From contig JAEEUW010000001.1 in assembly GCA_016290665.1 (NCBI GenBank), forward strand, positions 1-55,034: a stretch of DNA of 55,034 bases, written 5' to 3'. Position 1 is the first letter of the stretch. Every line of letters begins with the position of its first letter. The position numbers and the translations under genes were made by a program. The stretch is from Clostridiaceae bacterium. GTDB lineage: Bacteria > Bacillota > Clostridia > Oscillospirales > Acutalibacteraceae. The notes beneath the pieces are model-generated. The model was not told the origin of the DNA. It made no database searches and was given only the letters and a program-made list of their open reading frames with translations. Below are positions 35,862 through 46,780 of the stretch, in pieces.

Positions 35862-35890
35862 ATTATACGCACGAAAGACCACCGCGTCAA
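35862..35890 (-). promoter_or_regulatory. SigA-type promoter of glnA
   Basis: Minus strand reads TTGACG (35890->35885), a 17-nt spacer, then TATAAT (35867->35862). Confidence 0.7.
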
Positions 35891-35989
35891 GAGAAAACGG
35901 CAAAAAAACACATTCCACAAAAACGGTGCGCGCCGTCCGCCGCTTTTTGGATTGTTTGCAACATTTTAAAAAAAGATGACCGTTTTTTG

Positions 35990-37505
<1,516 letters not shown>

Positions 37506-37613
37506 TTATTACAAAAGTATCCGGCTGTGCGGGCCTCTTTCTCTGTGTAATGCTGCAAAATGTCTGACACCATTTTTGCGAATCCCGACCGCGTGCATGC
37601 CGGTACTCCAAAG

Positions 37614-37658
37614 GGCAAAGGCGTCTTTTCGAAAGAGAAGCGTCTTTGCCTCTTTTTT
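37614..37658 (+). terminator. Intrinsic terminator after gdhA
   Basis: GGCAAAGGCG...CGTCTTTGCC stem (37614..37650) followed by TCTTTTTT. Confidence 0.75.
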
Positions 37659-37778
37659 GAAAAAGCGGCAGGGGGACAACACGGCTTTGGCTGATAAACG
37701 CTCCGCTTCCCTGCGCGCGAAAGCAAAGCTGTTTCCCATCTTTTTGTTTCATTACTTTCCGGTAAAGGAGTGCTTTTT

Positions 37779-37943
37779 ATGAAACCGGCAACCGACAGAC
37801 AGACAACCGAACTCTTTTTCATGGAACCGACCGAACAGCCCGAGTTCAACGTCACCCTGGTGGACGTCCGCGAACTGCAGACGGACTGGAACTGCGCCGC
37901 GGCGCAAAACGGCTGGTCGCAGAATACGACTTCGCAGGATTGA
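37779..37943 (+). CDS. Unannotated 54-aa small ORF immediately upstream of asnB (function unknown)
   Basis: Below the ORF-track size cutoff. AAGGAG lies 8 nt upstream of the ATG. About three quarters of third codon positions are G/C, as in genuine genes here. The stop is 9 nt before the asnB ATG. Translation: MKPATDRQTTELFFMEPTEQPEFNVTLVDVRELQTDWNCAAAQNGWSQNTTSQD. Confidence 0.45.
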   Translation: MKPATDRQTTELFFMEPTEQPEFNVTLVDVRELQTDWNCAAAQNGWSQNTTSQD

Positions 37944-37952
37944 GGTGATTCC

Positions 37953-39536
37953 ATGTGCTCCGTAATGGGCTACTGCAGCGACCTGCCGCTGCCAGAGCAA
38001 TTTGACGCCTGCTTTGCCGAAACGGTTTCGCGCGGGCCGGATATGGACCGTGTGATCGACACCGGCAAGGGCGTGCTCGCCTTCCACCGGCTTTCCATCA
38101 TGGGATTGACCGAAGAGGGCATGCAGCCGTTCCTGCGCGACGGCAGCGCCGTGGTCTGCAACGGCGAGCTCTACGGCTTTGCCGAAATGAAGCGCGCGCT
38201 GGAAGAGAAGGGCTACGCCTTTCAAAGCGATTCCGACTGTGAGATTCTGCTGCCGCTCTATTTCGAATACGGCACGGAGATGTTCTCCATGCTCGACGCG
38301 GAATTCGCGCTGATTCTCTTTGACGGCAGAACGCAGGAGTTCCTTGCCGCCCGCGACCCGATCGGCATCCGCCCGCTGTATTACGGCTATGACGCGCGGG
38401 GCGTGATCGTCTTTGCCAGCGAGCCGAAGAATCTTGTCGGCCTGTGCAAAGAGATCCTCCCCTTCCCGCCCGGCCACTATTGGAAAAACGGACGGTTCTT
38501 CCCCTACTGCGACATCGCCGCGGTCGACACGGTCGTTCACGACGACCTTGACGCCGCGTGCGGCCATATCCGCGAAAAGCTGACCGCGGGCGTCAAAAAG
38601 CGCCTAGTGGCCGACGCGAAGGTGGGCTTTCTGCTGTCCGGCGGCCTTGATTCCTCGCTCGTCTGCGCCATTGCGGCAAAAGAGAGCGAAACGCCGATCC
38701 GCACCTTTGCCATCGGCATGGACACCGATGCGATCGACCTGAAATACGCCCGGCAGGTTGCGGACTTTATCGGCAGCAACCACACCGAAATCATCATGAC
38801 GAAGCAGGACGTGCTCGACAACCTGGAAACGGTCATCCGTCTGCTCGGCACCTTCGACATCACGACGATCCGCGCCTCCATGGGCATGTATCTGCTTTGC
38901 AAAGCCATCCACGAACAAACCGACATCCGCGTGCTGCTGACGGGCGAAATCTCCGACGAGCTGTTCGGCTATAAATACACCGACTTTGCGCCGTCGGCCG
39001 AGGCGTTTCAGCTGGAGGCGCAGAAGCGCATCCGCGAGCTGCACATGTACGACGTGCTGCGCGCCGACCGGTGCATCTCGGTCAACTCGCTGGAGGCGCG
39101 CGTGCCCTTCGGCGACCTCGACTTCGTGCGCTACGTCATGGCCCTCGATCCCGAAATGAAGCTGAACACCTACGGCAAGGGCAAGTATCTGCTGCGCCGC
39201 GCCTTCGAGGGACGGCAGCTTTTGCCGGATTCCATCCTCTGGCGCGAAAAGGCGGCCTTCTCCGACGCAGTGGGTCATTCGATGGTGGACGATCTGAAGG
39301 AATATGCCGAAGGGTATTACACCGACGCCGCGTTTGAAGCAAAGCGCACACAGTACGCCCACGCGCAGCCGTTCACCAAGGAATCGCTCCTGTACCGCGA
39401 AATCTTTGAAAAGTACTATCCCGGCCAGAGCCGGATGATCGCGGACTTCTGGATGCCGAACAGGGACTGGGAAGGCTGCAACGTCAACGACCCGTCGGCG
39501 CGCGTGCTTTCCAACTACGGCGCAAGCGGAACGTAA
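37953..39536 (+). CDS. asnB: Asparagine synthase (glutamine-hydrolysing)
   Basis: 527 aa. N-terminal nucleophile Cys2 (MCSV), PP-loop LLSGGLDSS and AsnB-type C-terminus (NDPSARV). Confidence 0.9.
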   Translation: MCSVMGYCSDLPLPEQFDACFAETVSRGPDMDRVIDTGKGVLAFHRLSIMGLTEEGMQPFLRDGSAVVCNGELYGFAEMKRALEEKGYAFQSDSDCEILLPLYFEYGTEMFSMLDAEFALILFDGRTQEFLAARDPIGIRPLYYGYDARGVIVFASEPKNLVGLCKEILPFPPGHYWKNGRFFPYCDIAAVDTVVHDDLDAACGHIREKLTAGVKKRLVADAKVGFLLSGGLDSSLVCAIAAKESETPIRTFAIGMDTDAIDLKYARQVADFIGSNHTEIIMTKQDVLDNLETVIRLLGTFDITTIRASMGMYLLCKAIHEQTDIRVLLTGEISDELFGYKYTDFAPSAEAFQLEAQKRIRELHMYDVLRADRCISVNSLEARVPFGDLDFVRYVMALDPEMKLNTYGKGKYLLRRAFEGRQLLPDSILWREKAAFSDAVGHSMVDDLKEYAEGYYTDAAFEAKRTQYAHAQPFTKESLLYREIFEKYYPGQSRMIADFWMPNRDWEGCNVNDPSARVLSNYGASGT

Positions 39537-39539
39537 AGA

Positions 39540-41090
39540 ATGGAGAATGAGGGATTGATGGATAAGATTCTCGTGCTCAATTTCGGCGGGCAGTACGATC
39601 AGCTGATCGCCCGCCGGATCCGCGCGCTGCACGTGTTCGCGGAGATCAAGAATTACAACAAAATCACGCCCGACGAGATCCGCCAAGCGGGCTATCGCGG
39701 CGTCGTCTTCACCGGCGGGCCCCACAGCGTCTATGCGGACGACGCCCCGCGCTGCAGCGCGGCGGTGCTTTCGATCGGCATTCCCGTGCTCGGCATCTGC
39801 TACGGCCACCAGCTGCTCGCGTTCCTCGCGGGCGGCGCCGTTATGCCTGCGGAAAGCGGCAGCGAATACGGCAGAACACAGCTCACCGTCAAAGAAAACG
39901 TGCTGTTCTCCGGCGTGCCGCAAACAAGCGTCTGCTGGATGAGCCATACCGACGCCGTGCAGACGCTGCCGCCCGGGTTTTCCGCGATTGCCCGTACGGA
40001 GCACTGCGCCTGCGCCGCCATGGCCGACGACGAACGGAAGCTTTACGGCGTGCAGTTCCACCCCGAGGTCACCCACACGGCGTACGGCACGCGCGTTCTG
40101 GAAAACTTCGTTTTTCGCGTCTGCGGCTGCAAAGGCGACTGGCAGATGGACGACGTGGCCGAAACGACCATCCGGCACTACCGTGAAGTCCTGCGCGGCA
40201 AGCGGGTGCTGCTTGGGCTCTCCGGCGGCGTGGATTCCTCCGTGGCGGCGGCGCTGCTGCACCGGGCGATCGGCGACAACCTCGTCTGCGTCTTTGTGGA
40301 CCACGGCCTGCTGCGCAAGGGCGAGGGCGACTTTGTGGAACGGACCTTCCGCGAAAAGTTCGGCCTGCAGCTGGTGCGCGTCAACGCCGAAGCCCGTTTT
40401 CTGGCGGCGCTGCGCGGCGTGACCGACCCCGAAGCAAAAAGAAAGATCATCGGCGCGGAATTCGTCCGCGTGTTTGAAGAAGAAGCCAAAAAACTCGGGC
40501 AGATCGACGTGCTCGCGCAGGGCACGATCTACCCGGACGTGATTGAAAGCGGCAAGGGCGACGCGGCCACGATCAAAAGCCACCACAACGTCGGCGGCCT
40601 GCCGGAGCAGATGGCGTTTTCCGGCGTTGCCGAACCGCTGCGCGACCTGTTCAAGGACGAGGTGCGCGCCATCGGCGAAGCCCTCGGTCTGCCGCGCGCG
40701 CTCGTCTGGCGTCAGCCGTTCCCCGGCCCCGGGCTCGGCGTGCGCGTGCTGGGCGAAATCACCGGGGAAAAGCTCGGGCTGCTGCGGGAAGCCGACGCAA
40801 TCTTCCGCGAGGTGCTGGAACAAGCTGCGCCGGAGGGGCTGCCGAACCAGTATTTCGCCGTGCTGACCGACAGCCGCAGCGTGGGCGTCATGGGCGACGA
40901 ACGGACCTACGGCTATACGGTGGCCCTGCGCGCCGTGACGACCGACGATTTTATGACGGCAACGTGGACAAGACTGCCCTATGACGCGCTGGAGCTGGCA
41001 AGCAGCCGCATCACCAATGAGGTAAAAGGCATCAGCCGCGTGGTCTATGACATCACGTCCAAGCCGCCCGCCACAGTGGAATGGGAATAA
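39540..41090 (+). CDS. guaA: GMP synthase (glutamine-hydrolysing)
   Basis: GATase triad region [11 protein letters not shown]-loop [10 protein letters not shown] and conserved C-terminus PPATVEWE. Start is ATG 39540 or ATG 39558 (GAGGG 5 nt upstream). Confidence 0.93.
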   Translation: MENEGLMDKILVLNFGGQYDQLIARRIRALHVFAEIKNYNKITPDEIRQAGYRGVVFTGGPHSVYADDAPRCSAAVLSIGIPVLGICYGHQLLAFLAGGAVMPAESGSEYGRTQLTVKENVLFSGVPQTSVCWMSHTDAVQTLPPGFSAIARTEHCACAAMADDERKLYGVQFHPEVTHTAYGTRVLENFVFRVCGCKGDWQMDDVAETTIRHYREVLRGKRVLLGLSGGVDSSVAAALLHRAIGDNLVCVFVDHGLLRKGEGDFVERTFREKFGLQLVRVNAEARFLAALRGVTDPEAKRKIIGAEFVRVFEEEAKKLGQIDVLAQGTIYPDVIESGKGDAATIKSHHNVGGLPEQMAFSGVAEPLRDLFKDEVRAIGEALGLPRALVWRQPFPGPGLGVRVLGEITGEKLGLLREADAIFREVLEQAAPEGLPNQYFAVLTDSRSVGVMGDERTYGYTVALRAVTTDDFMTATWTRLPYDALELASSRITNEVKGISRVVYDITSKPPATVEWE

Positions 41091-41103
41091 GGAGGACAGC
41101 ATC

Positions 41104-42711
41104 ATGACAAAATACATCTTCGTCACCGGCGGCGTGGTTTCCGGCCTCGGCAAGGGCATCACCGCCGCGTCGCTCGGCCGTCTGCTCAAGGCCAGAGGGC
41201 TCAAGGTCGCCGCGCAGAAGCTCGACCCCTATATCAACGTGGACCCCGGCACGATGAGCCCCTATCAGCACGGCGAGGTCTACGTGACCGAGGACGGCGC
41301 CGAAACCGACCTCGACCTCGGCCACTATGAGCGGTTCATCAACGAAAACCTGAACAAATACTCGAACCTGACGACCGGCAAGGTCTATTGGAACGTGCTC
41401 AACAAGGAGCGGCGGGGCGAATACCTCGGCTCCACGGTGCAGGTCATTCCGCACATCACCAACGAGATCAAGGATTTCATCTACCGCGCGGCAAAAAAGA
41501 CGGAAGCCGACGTGCTGATTACCGAGATCGGCGGCACCATCGGCGACATCGAAAGCCAGCCGTTCATCGAAGCGGTGCGCCAGATCTCGCTGGAGGTCGG
41601 GCGCGAAAACAGCCTGTTCATCCACGTCACCCTTGTGCCGTATCTCCGCGGCTCGGAGGAGCACAAGAGCAAGCCCACCCAGCACTCGGTGAAGGAGCTG
41701 CAGGGCATGGGCATCCACCCGAACCTGATCGTGCTGCGCTGCGACCGCCCGCTGGAAAAGTCCATCTTCCAGAAGATCTCGCTGTTCTGCAACGTAAAGC
41801 CGGACTGCGTGATCGAAAATCTCACCGTGCCGTGCCTCTATGAAGCGCCGCTGATGCTGGAAAAGGCGAACTTTTCCGGCGTGGTCTGCCGCGAGCTCGG
41901 CCTCGACGCGCCGCCGCCCGCGCTCGCAAAGTGGACGGCGATGGTGGAGCGGATCAAAAGCGCCGACCGTCATGTGACGATCGGTCTTGTCGGCAAATAC
42001 GTGCAGCTGCACGACGCCTATCTTTCCGTGGCGGAAGCCCTGCGCCACGCGGGCTTTGCCCAGAACGCGCAGGTGAATATTCAATGGATTGACTCTGAAA
42101 CCATTACGCCGCAGAACACGGCGGAAGTACTCGGCGGACTCGACGGCATTCTGGTGCCCGGCGGCTTCGGCAGCCGCGGCATCGAGGGCATGATTCTCGC
42201 CGCACAGTTTGCGCGCGAACAGGGGCTCCCCTATTTCGGCATCTGCCTCGGCATGCAGATTGCCGTCATCGAAGCCGCCCGGCATCTGGCAGGGCTCCCG
42301 GACGCAAACTCCGGCGAATTCGACGAGCTGTGCAGACATAAGGTGATCGACTTCATGCCCGGCCAGAGCGATTCCATCGACAAGGGCGGCACGCTGCGCC
42401 TCGGCGCCTACCCGTGCGAGATCACGCCGGAAACGACGATGGCGCGCTGCTACAAAAAGCAAAGCATCTGCGAACGGCACCGCCACCGCTACGAGTTCAA
42501 CAACGATTACCGCGCCGTGCTGCAGCAGGCGGGGCTGACGCTTTCGGGCCTGTCGCCGGACGGCAGACTGGTGGAAACCGTCGAGCTGACCGACCGCAGC
42601 TTTTACGTCGGCGTGCAGTACCACCCCGAATTCAAGAGCCGCCCGAACAAGCCGCATCCGCTGTTCTTCGGTTTCATTGAAGCGGCGCTGAAAAGGAGAG
42701 AGCAGGCATGA
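41104..42711 (+). CDS. pyrG: CTP synthase
   Basis: ORF 41047..42711 trimmed to ATG 41104 (AAGGAGG SD). Motifs [19 protein letters not shown] and GICLGMQ. Confidence 0.95.
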   Translation: MTKYIFVTGGVVSGLGKGITAASLGRLLKARGLKVAAQKLDPYINVDPGTMSPYQHGEVYVTEDGAETDLDLGHYERFINENLNKYSNLTTGKVYWNVLNKERRGEYLGSTVQVIPHITNEIKDFIYRAAKKTEADVLITEIGGTIGDIESQPFIEAVRQISLEVGRENSLFIHVTLVPYLRGSEEHKSKPTQHSVKELQGMGIHPNLIVLRCDRPLEKSIFQKISLFCNVKPDCVIENLTVPCLYEAPLMLEKANFSGVVCRELGLDAPPPALAKWTAMVERIKSADRHVTIGLVGKYVQLHDAYLSVAEALRHAGFAQNAQVNIQWIDSETITPQNTAEVLGGLDGILVPGGFGSRGIEGMILAAQFAREQGLPYFGICLGMQIAVIEAARHLAGLPDANSGEFDELCRHKVIDFMPGQSDSIDKGGTLRLGAYPCEITPETTMARCYKKQSICERHRHRYEFNNDYRAVLQQAGLTLSGLSPDGRLVETVELTDRSFYVGVQYHPEFKSRPNKPHPLFFGFIEAALKRREQA

Positions 42712-43502
42712 AGTTCACCAAAATGCACGGCCTCGGCAACGACTATCTCTACGTCTTCGGCGAGGTGCCGGAGAAGATCGCCGCGCTTTCCGTCAGGCTG
42801 TCGGACCGCCATTTCGGCGCGGGCTCGGACGGCATGATCTATATCGGACCTTCGAAGATCGCCGACTTTTCCATGCGCATTTTCAACGCGGACGGCAGCG
42901 AGGCGATGATGTGCGGCAACGGCATCCGCTGCGTGGGCAAATACGTCTATGACAAGGGCTACACCGACAAAACGCGCCTGACGGTTGAAACACTTTCCGG
43001 CGTCAAAACGCTGCGGCTGCACTTGCAAAACGGCAAGGTCGACCGCGTCACGGTCTCGATGGGCAAAGCCGAAACCGCGTCGCCGCAGACGCTGGAGGTT
43101 GACGGCGAGGCGGTTGAATACAGCCCGGTTTCCGTCGGCAATCCGCACGCGGTGATCTTTTGCGCAGATGCCGAAGCCGCCCCCGTGACGGTTCTCGGCC
43201 CGCAGCTGGAGCACCACCCCGCCTTCCCGGGCGGCGTCAACGTGGAATTCGTGCAGGTGCTTTCTGCGCGTGAGCTGCGCATGCGCGTGTGGGAGCGCGG
43301 CAGCGGCGTCACCATGGCCTGCGGCACCGGGGCGTGCGCCAGCACGGCGGCGGCCGTCAGCCGGGGCTATTGCATGCCGGACACGCCGATCACGGTGCGG
43401 CTGGACGGCGGCGCGCTGGAAATCACGGTTTCGCCGGACGGCGAAGCAACCATGACCGGACCCGCGGCATTTGTTTATGAAGGAGAGACGATCGGATGCT
43501 GA
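42708..43502 (+). CDS. dapF: Diaminopimelate epimerase
   Basis: 264 aa with MHGLGNDY and the two active-site Cys regions ([16 protein letters not shown]). ATGA overlap with pyrG. Confidence 0.92.
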   Translation: MKFTKMHGLGNDYLYVFGEVPEKIAALSVRLSDRHFGAGSDGMIYIGPSKIADFSMRIFNADGSEAMMCGNGIRCVGKYVYDKGYTDKTRLTVETLSGVKTLRLHLQNGKVDRVTVSMGKAETASPQTLEVDGEAVEYSPVSVGNPHAVIFCADAEAAPVTVLGPQLEHHPAFPGGVNVEFVQVLSARELRMRVWERGSGVTMACGTGACASTAAAVSRGYCMPDTPITVRLDGGALEITVSPDGEATMTGPAAFVYEGETIGC

Positions 43503-44683
43503 AACCGAACGCACACTACAAGGAACTGAAGGACTCTTATCTGTTCTATCACATTGCGCAAAAGACAAAGGGATATCTCGACGCGCACCCCGACACGCAT
43601 CTGCTTCGGCTGGGCATCGGCGACGTGTCGCAACCGCTTTGCAAAGCCGCCATTGACGCGCTGCACCGGGCGGTGGACGATCAGGCGGACGCCGCCACGT
43701 TTCACGGCTACATGCCGGAATGCGGCGCGCCGTTTCTGCGCGAAACGATTGCCGCCCACTACGCGAAGCGGGGCGTCGCGCTCCGCCCGGACGAGGTGTT
43801 CGTATCGAGCGGCGCCAGCGACGAGCTCGGCGATATCCTCGACCTGTTTGACCGCGGCAGCACGGTTCTGATTCCGGAGCCGGCCTATCCGGCCTATGTG
43901 GACGCCAACGTGATGGCCGGCCACAAGATCGTGCATCTCCCGACGGGCAAAGAGAACGGCTTTCTGCCGCGGCCGGAAGCCGCCGCACAGGCGGACGTGA
44001 TCTATCTCTGTTCGCCGAACAACCCGACCGGCGCTGTGCTTTCCGGGGCGCAGCTGCAAACGTGGGTGGACTTTGCCAACGACTGCGGCGCGGTGATTCT
44101 CTTTGACGCGGCGTATGAAGCCTTCATTGAAGACGACAATCTGCCCCACAGTATTTTTGAACTGCCGGGCGCGCGCACCTGCGCGATTGAGATCTGCTCG
44201 CTTTCCAAAACGGCGGGCTTCACCGGCACGCGGCTCGGCTACACCGTGATTTCGCAGACGCTGGAGCGCTGCGGGCAAGCCCTCAACGCCATGTGGGTGC
44301 GCAACCGCACCACCAAAACCAACGGCATCTCCTACATCCTGCAGCGCGGCGGCGCGGCCGTCTTTTCCGAAGAGGGACAGGCGCAGACCCGGGCGCAGAT
44401 TGCCGTTTACAAGAGCAACGCACGGCTTCTGACGGACGCGCTGGACGAGCTCGGCCTTTGGTACACCGGCGGCAAAAACGCGCCCTACATCTGGCTGCAG
44501 TGCCCGCACGGTCTTTCAAGCTGGGAATTCTTCGACCTGCTGCTGCAGCAGGCGCAGATCGTCGGCACGCCCGGCGCGGGCTTCGGCGCCTGCGGCGAGG
44601 GATACTTCCGCTTTTCCTGCTTCGGCAGTCCGGCGGACACGGCGGAAGCGGCGAAAAGGCTGCGGAGCGTCTGCGGAAAGTAA
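43496..44683 (+). CDS. dapL: LL-diaminopimelate aminotransferase
   Basis: 395 aa, class I aminotransferase with PLP lysine SLSKTAGFTGTR. The N-terminus YKELKDSYLFYHIAQK is typical of DapL. Overlaps dapF by 7 nt. Confidence 0.88.
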   Translation: MLKPNAHYKELKDSYLFYHIAQKTKGYLDAHPDTHLLRLGIGDVSQPLCKAAIDALHRAVDDQADAATFHGYMPECGAPFLRETIAAHYAKRGVALRPDEVFVSSGASDELGDILDLFDRGSTVLIPEPAYPAYVDANVMAGHKIVHLPTGKENGFLPRPEAAAQADVIYLCSPNNPTGAVLSGAQLQTWVDFANDCGAVILFDAAYEAFIEDDNLPHSIFELPGARTCAIEICSLSKTAGFTGTRLGYTVISQTLERCGQALNAMWVRNRTTKTNGISYILQRGGAAVFSEEGQAQTRAQIAVYKSNARLLTDALDELGLWYTGGKNAPYIWLQCPHGLSSWEFFDLLLQQAQIVGTPGAGFGACGEGYFRFSCFGSPADTAEAAKRLRSVCGK

Positions 44684-44742
44684 GCCGCCGAAGGGGCAAG
44701 GAAGAATGCCCCCTGAAGCGTTTTTTCAAGCAATAAAGGAAA

Positions 44743-44769
44743 AAGCACTGCAGAAGCAGTGCTTTTTTC
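44743..44769 (+). terminator. Intrinsic terminator after dapL
   Basis: AAGCACTGC-agaa-GCAGTGCTT followed by TTTT. The 3' arm and T-run merge into direct-repeat copy 1. Confidence 0.8.
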
Positions 44770-44798
44770 CTGGCGGAGATGAGGCCAACGAACCCCTT
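44762..44798. repeat. 37-nt direct repeat, copy 1 (tRNA-3'-end-like on the minus strand)
   Basis: CTTTTTTCCTGGCGGAGATGAGGCCAACGAACCCCTT matches 47072..47108 at 36/37 positions (A/G difference at 44788/47098). Confidence 0.85.
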
Positions 44799-44890
44799 CC
44801 CTCTTGCATGCCGGAGAGAACTCTCCCGGTACACACGGAAACGCGCCCCACCCCCGGTCCATGCATGGCTTTTGACAGTATTTGAAGCAT

Positions 44891-45205
44891 TCATTTCGAC
44901 AAGCAGCAGCCGCAGTTTGTACAATAAAGGTTTGAACGGCTGTTTAATGCGGCGCATTGCGGACAGTTAACGCAACCGATCACAAGCTCCCCTTCAATCA
45001 GGATCTCAAATGATTCTTCCGGAAAGTCGTCCCGTGGATTTGGGCAATCTATCGTGCCCATGCAGCCAAATGTCGTGCAACCGCTGTTCGCAATCCAGCA
45101 CTCCTTGTGATGCGGCATTCGGCAGGCGCTGCACAGCACAATTTCATCTGTCACTTTCAGCTCTGTTTTGCAATAGGGACAGAGCTTCCCGACATAACTA
45201 TTCAT
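44891..45205 (-). CDS. Prokaryotic RING-finger-like (Prok-RING_1) plus zinc-ribbon protein
   Basis: ORF 44891..45430 trimmed to ATG 45205. Pattern CPYCKTEL...VLCSACRMPHHKECWIANSGCTTFGC, then CPQCAALNSRSNLYCTNCG. The start overlaps the upstream stop (ATGAATAG). Confidence 0.65.
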   Translation of the reverse strand: MNSYVGKLCPYCKTELKVTDEIVLCSACRMPHHKECWIANSGCTTFGCMGTIDCPNPRDDFPEESFEILIEGELVIGCVNCPQCAALNSRSNLYCTNCGCCLSK

Positions 45206-45605
45206 GATCCGTTTGTTCGGAAGAATCGGTTTGAACCGACGTTGCGGGAGCAGCTTTGTCTGTTGGTGAAGCATTGTCTGCAACCGGTGTGGAAGACGGA
45301 ACAGTGAGCGCCGGTTCAGAAGCGCCTTCATCCGCCGGATCTGTTTCTGTATCGACGCCGGGTTGCACCTGATAATAGGAAAAATTCTGCCGGGAAAGCA
45401 GGAAGGCAATGCTTTGCCGCAACATTTCATGCTGTGATTTCAGCGCCTTGAACTGGCCGAAAAGAACAGCGTAAAGCAACAGCACCACGGCAATCAACGC
45501 ATAGAGTATCCAAATCTGCCAATCTTTTGCGGCGGAATGCGGCGCCGGCGCCGTCTGTTGTACGGGTTGATTTGTTTCATCTTCCTGAGAAACATCAATT
45601 GTCAC
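45198..45605 (-). CDS. Single-pass membrane protein with acidic S/T/P-rich tail (unknown function)
   Basis: 135-aa ORF with one hydrophobic helix (WQIWILYALIAVVLLLYAVLFG). Translationally coupled to the RING-like gene. GTG start without a clear SD, so the start is uncertain. Confidence 0.5.
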   Translation of the reverse strand: MTIDVSQEDETNQPVQQTAPAPHSAAKDWQIWILYALIAVVLLLYAVLFGQFKALKSQHEMLRQSIAFLLSRQNFSYYQVQPGVDTETDPADEGASEPALTVPSSTPVADNASPTDKAAPATSVQTDSSEQTDHE

Positions 45606-45830
45606 ATCGACATCGTCAAAATGAAAAAGCCCTTGCTGCGTTCAATCTCTTCGTTTTTCCAAAAGAAGAAGCCTTGCCTTTATCATTTTTTATTTTTAAA
45701 AAAGAAAACATTACGCATCAAAAGCCTGCGTTTTTTCACAGAAAGAAGCCTGCGCGTCAACGCAGAAAAGAATGGGAGAGAATTGTATGGAAAAGCCCCG
45801 TTCCTTCATGCACAAACAAGGATTCCCCTC

Positions 45831-45859
45831 TCGACATTTTTCAAAAACTATAGTATAAT
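45831..45859 (+). promoter_or_regulatory. Promoter of the GDPD gene
   Basis: TCGACA (45831..45836), a 17-nt spacer, then TATAAT (45854..45859), in an AT-rich 310-nt divergent intergenic region. Confidence 0.6.
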
Positions 45860-45917
45860 AAATCCAGACCATCCTGCGCCGCGCGCAGGCCGACAATACG
45901 GAGAGGGAGCAAAGCAC

Positions 45918-46760
45918 ATGGAAAAAGAGTATAGCGGCTTACCGATGCGGTTTGCCCACACGGGGGTAACCCAGTTTGCCCCGGAAAACACGCTGGAAGC
46001 GTTTCAAAAAGCCGCCGAGCTGGGCTTGGAAGGCATCGAACTGGATATTCAGATCAGCGGCGACGGCGAGATCATTGTTACCCACAACGGGAACATGGGC
46101 TACATGACCTTTGAAGAACACCGCGACGTCCTGCGGGAGATGACCGCGGCGCAGATCAAGCGGTTCGACATCCCCTACCGCAACGCGCTGAAGCTCAAGT
46201 ATCCGCCCTATCCCTGGACGGAGCACGCGGGCGGACGGCGCATGATCGTGCCCCCGGACTATCACGAAGACCGCGTGACGCACCTGATCACCTTCCCGGA
46301 ATTCGACGCGTGGCTGGCAACGGTTGATTACGATCTCACCGTTGAGGTGGAGTTCAAGACGACGGGGATGTGCCCGCGTATGGACGAGATTCTGGCGTCT
46401 TCACCCAATGTTTCGCGCTATATCTTCTTTTCCGGCGACCGGAACGTGCTGGAGGAAATGCAGGCGCATTACCGCGAAAACGGCAAGCCCGAAGGGCTGC
46501 GTCTCGGCGCGAACATCCGCTTCATCAACGATCAGACGATGGACTTTGTCCGCCGCTCCGATCTCTGGGAGGTCGGGCTCAACGACGGCGCCTTCACGAA
46601 GGCGGACGTCGACAGGTTCGCGGAGATGGGTATCCGGGTCTTTTCCAACCTCGGCGACTATCCCGAATGGTGGGCGCAAATCTGCGAAATGGGCGTGACG
46701 GGCTTCAAAACGAACTACCCCGACGCCTATACCGAATGGTGGCGCAGCACCCGGAAATAA
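45918..46760 (+). CDS. Glycerophosphodiester phosphodiesterase (GDPD) family protein
   Basis: ORF 45537..46760 trimmed to ATG 45918 (GGAGAGGGAG SD). Motifs FAHTG...APENTLEAF and GIELDIQ. Confidence 0.8.
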   Translation: MEKEYSGLPMRFAHTGVTQFAPENTLEAFQKAAELGLEGIELDIQISGDGEIIVTHNGNMGYMTFEEHRDVLREMTAAQIKRFDIPYRNALKLKYPPYPWTEHAGGRRMIVPPDYHEDRVTHLITFPEFDAWLATVDYDLTVEVEFKTTGMCPRMDEILASSPNVSRYIFFSGDRNVLEEMQAHYRENGKPEGLRLGANIRFINDQTMDFVRRSDLWEVGLNDGAFTKADVDRFAEMGIRVFSNLGDYPEWWAQICEMGVTGFKTNYPDAYTEWWRSTRK

Positions 46761-46780
46761 AACCCAAGGGGCTTTTCCCG

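Noticed and set aside
35891-35989. GlnR/TnrA-type operator (TGTNA-N7-TNACA) in the glnA-gdhA divergent region
   Set aside because: Only a short TGT-N5-ACA palindrome (TGTTTGCAACA) and repeated AAAACGG/CCGTTTT words are present. None has the 17-bp GlnR/TnrA geometry, and the evidence is too weak to call.
37779-39536. Small acidic peptide plus Asn-synthetase homologue read as a lasso-peptide/RiPP cluster
   Set aside because: The AsnB here keeps the Cys2 glutaminase nucleophile, the PP-loop and the AsnB-type C-terminus, so it is a housekeeping enzyme and not a lasso cyclase. No leader peptidase (B protein), RRE or exporter is nearby. The peptide also lacks a plausible core, with no Gly/Cys/Ser/Ala at position 1 paired with Asp/Glu at positions 7-9.
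44762-44870. Possible tRNA gene on the minus strand ending ...CATCTCCGCCA (same question for 47072..47160)
   Set aside because: The T-stem halves are not complementary. No GGAGATG 5' acceptor strand lies at tRNA distance, since the nearest GGAGAG would give a 57-nt molecule. There is no anticodon arm. I treat it as a repeat or att-like remnant instead.
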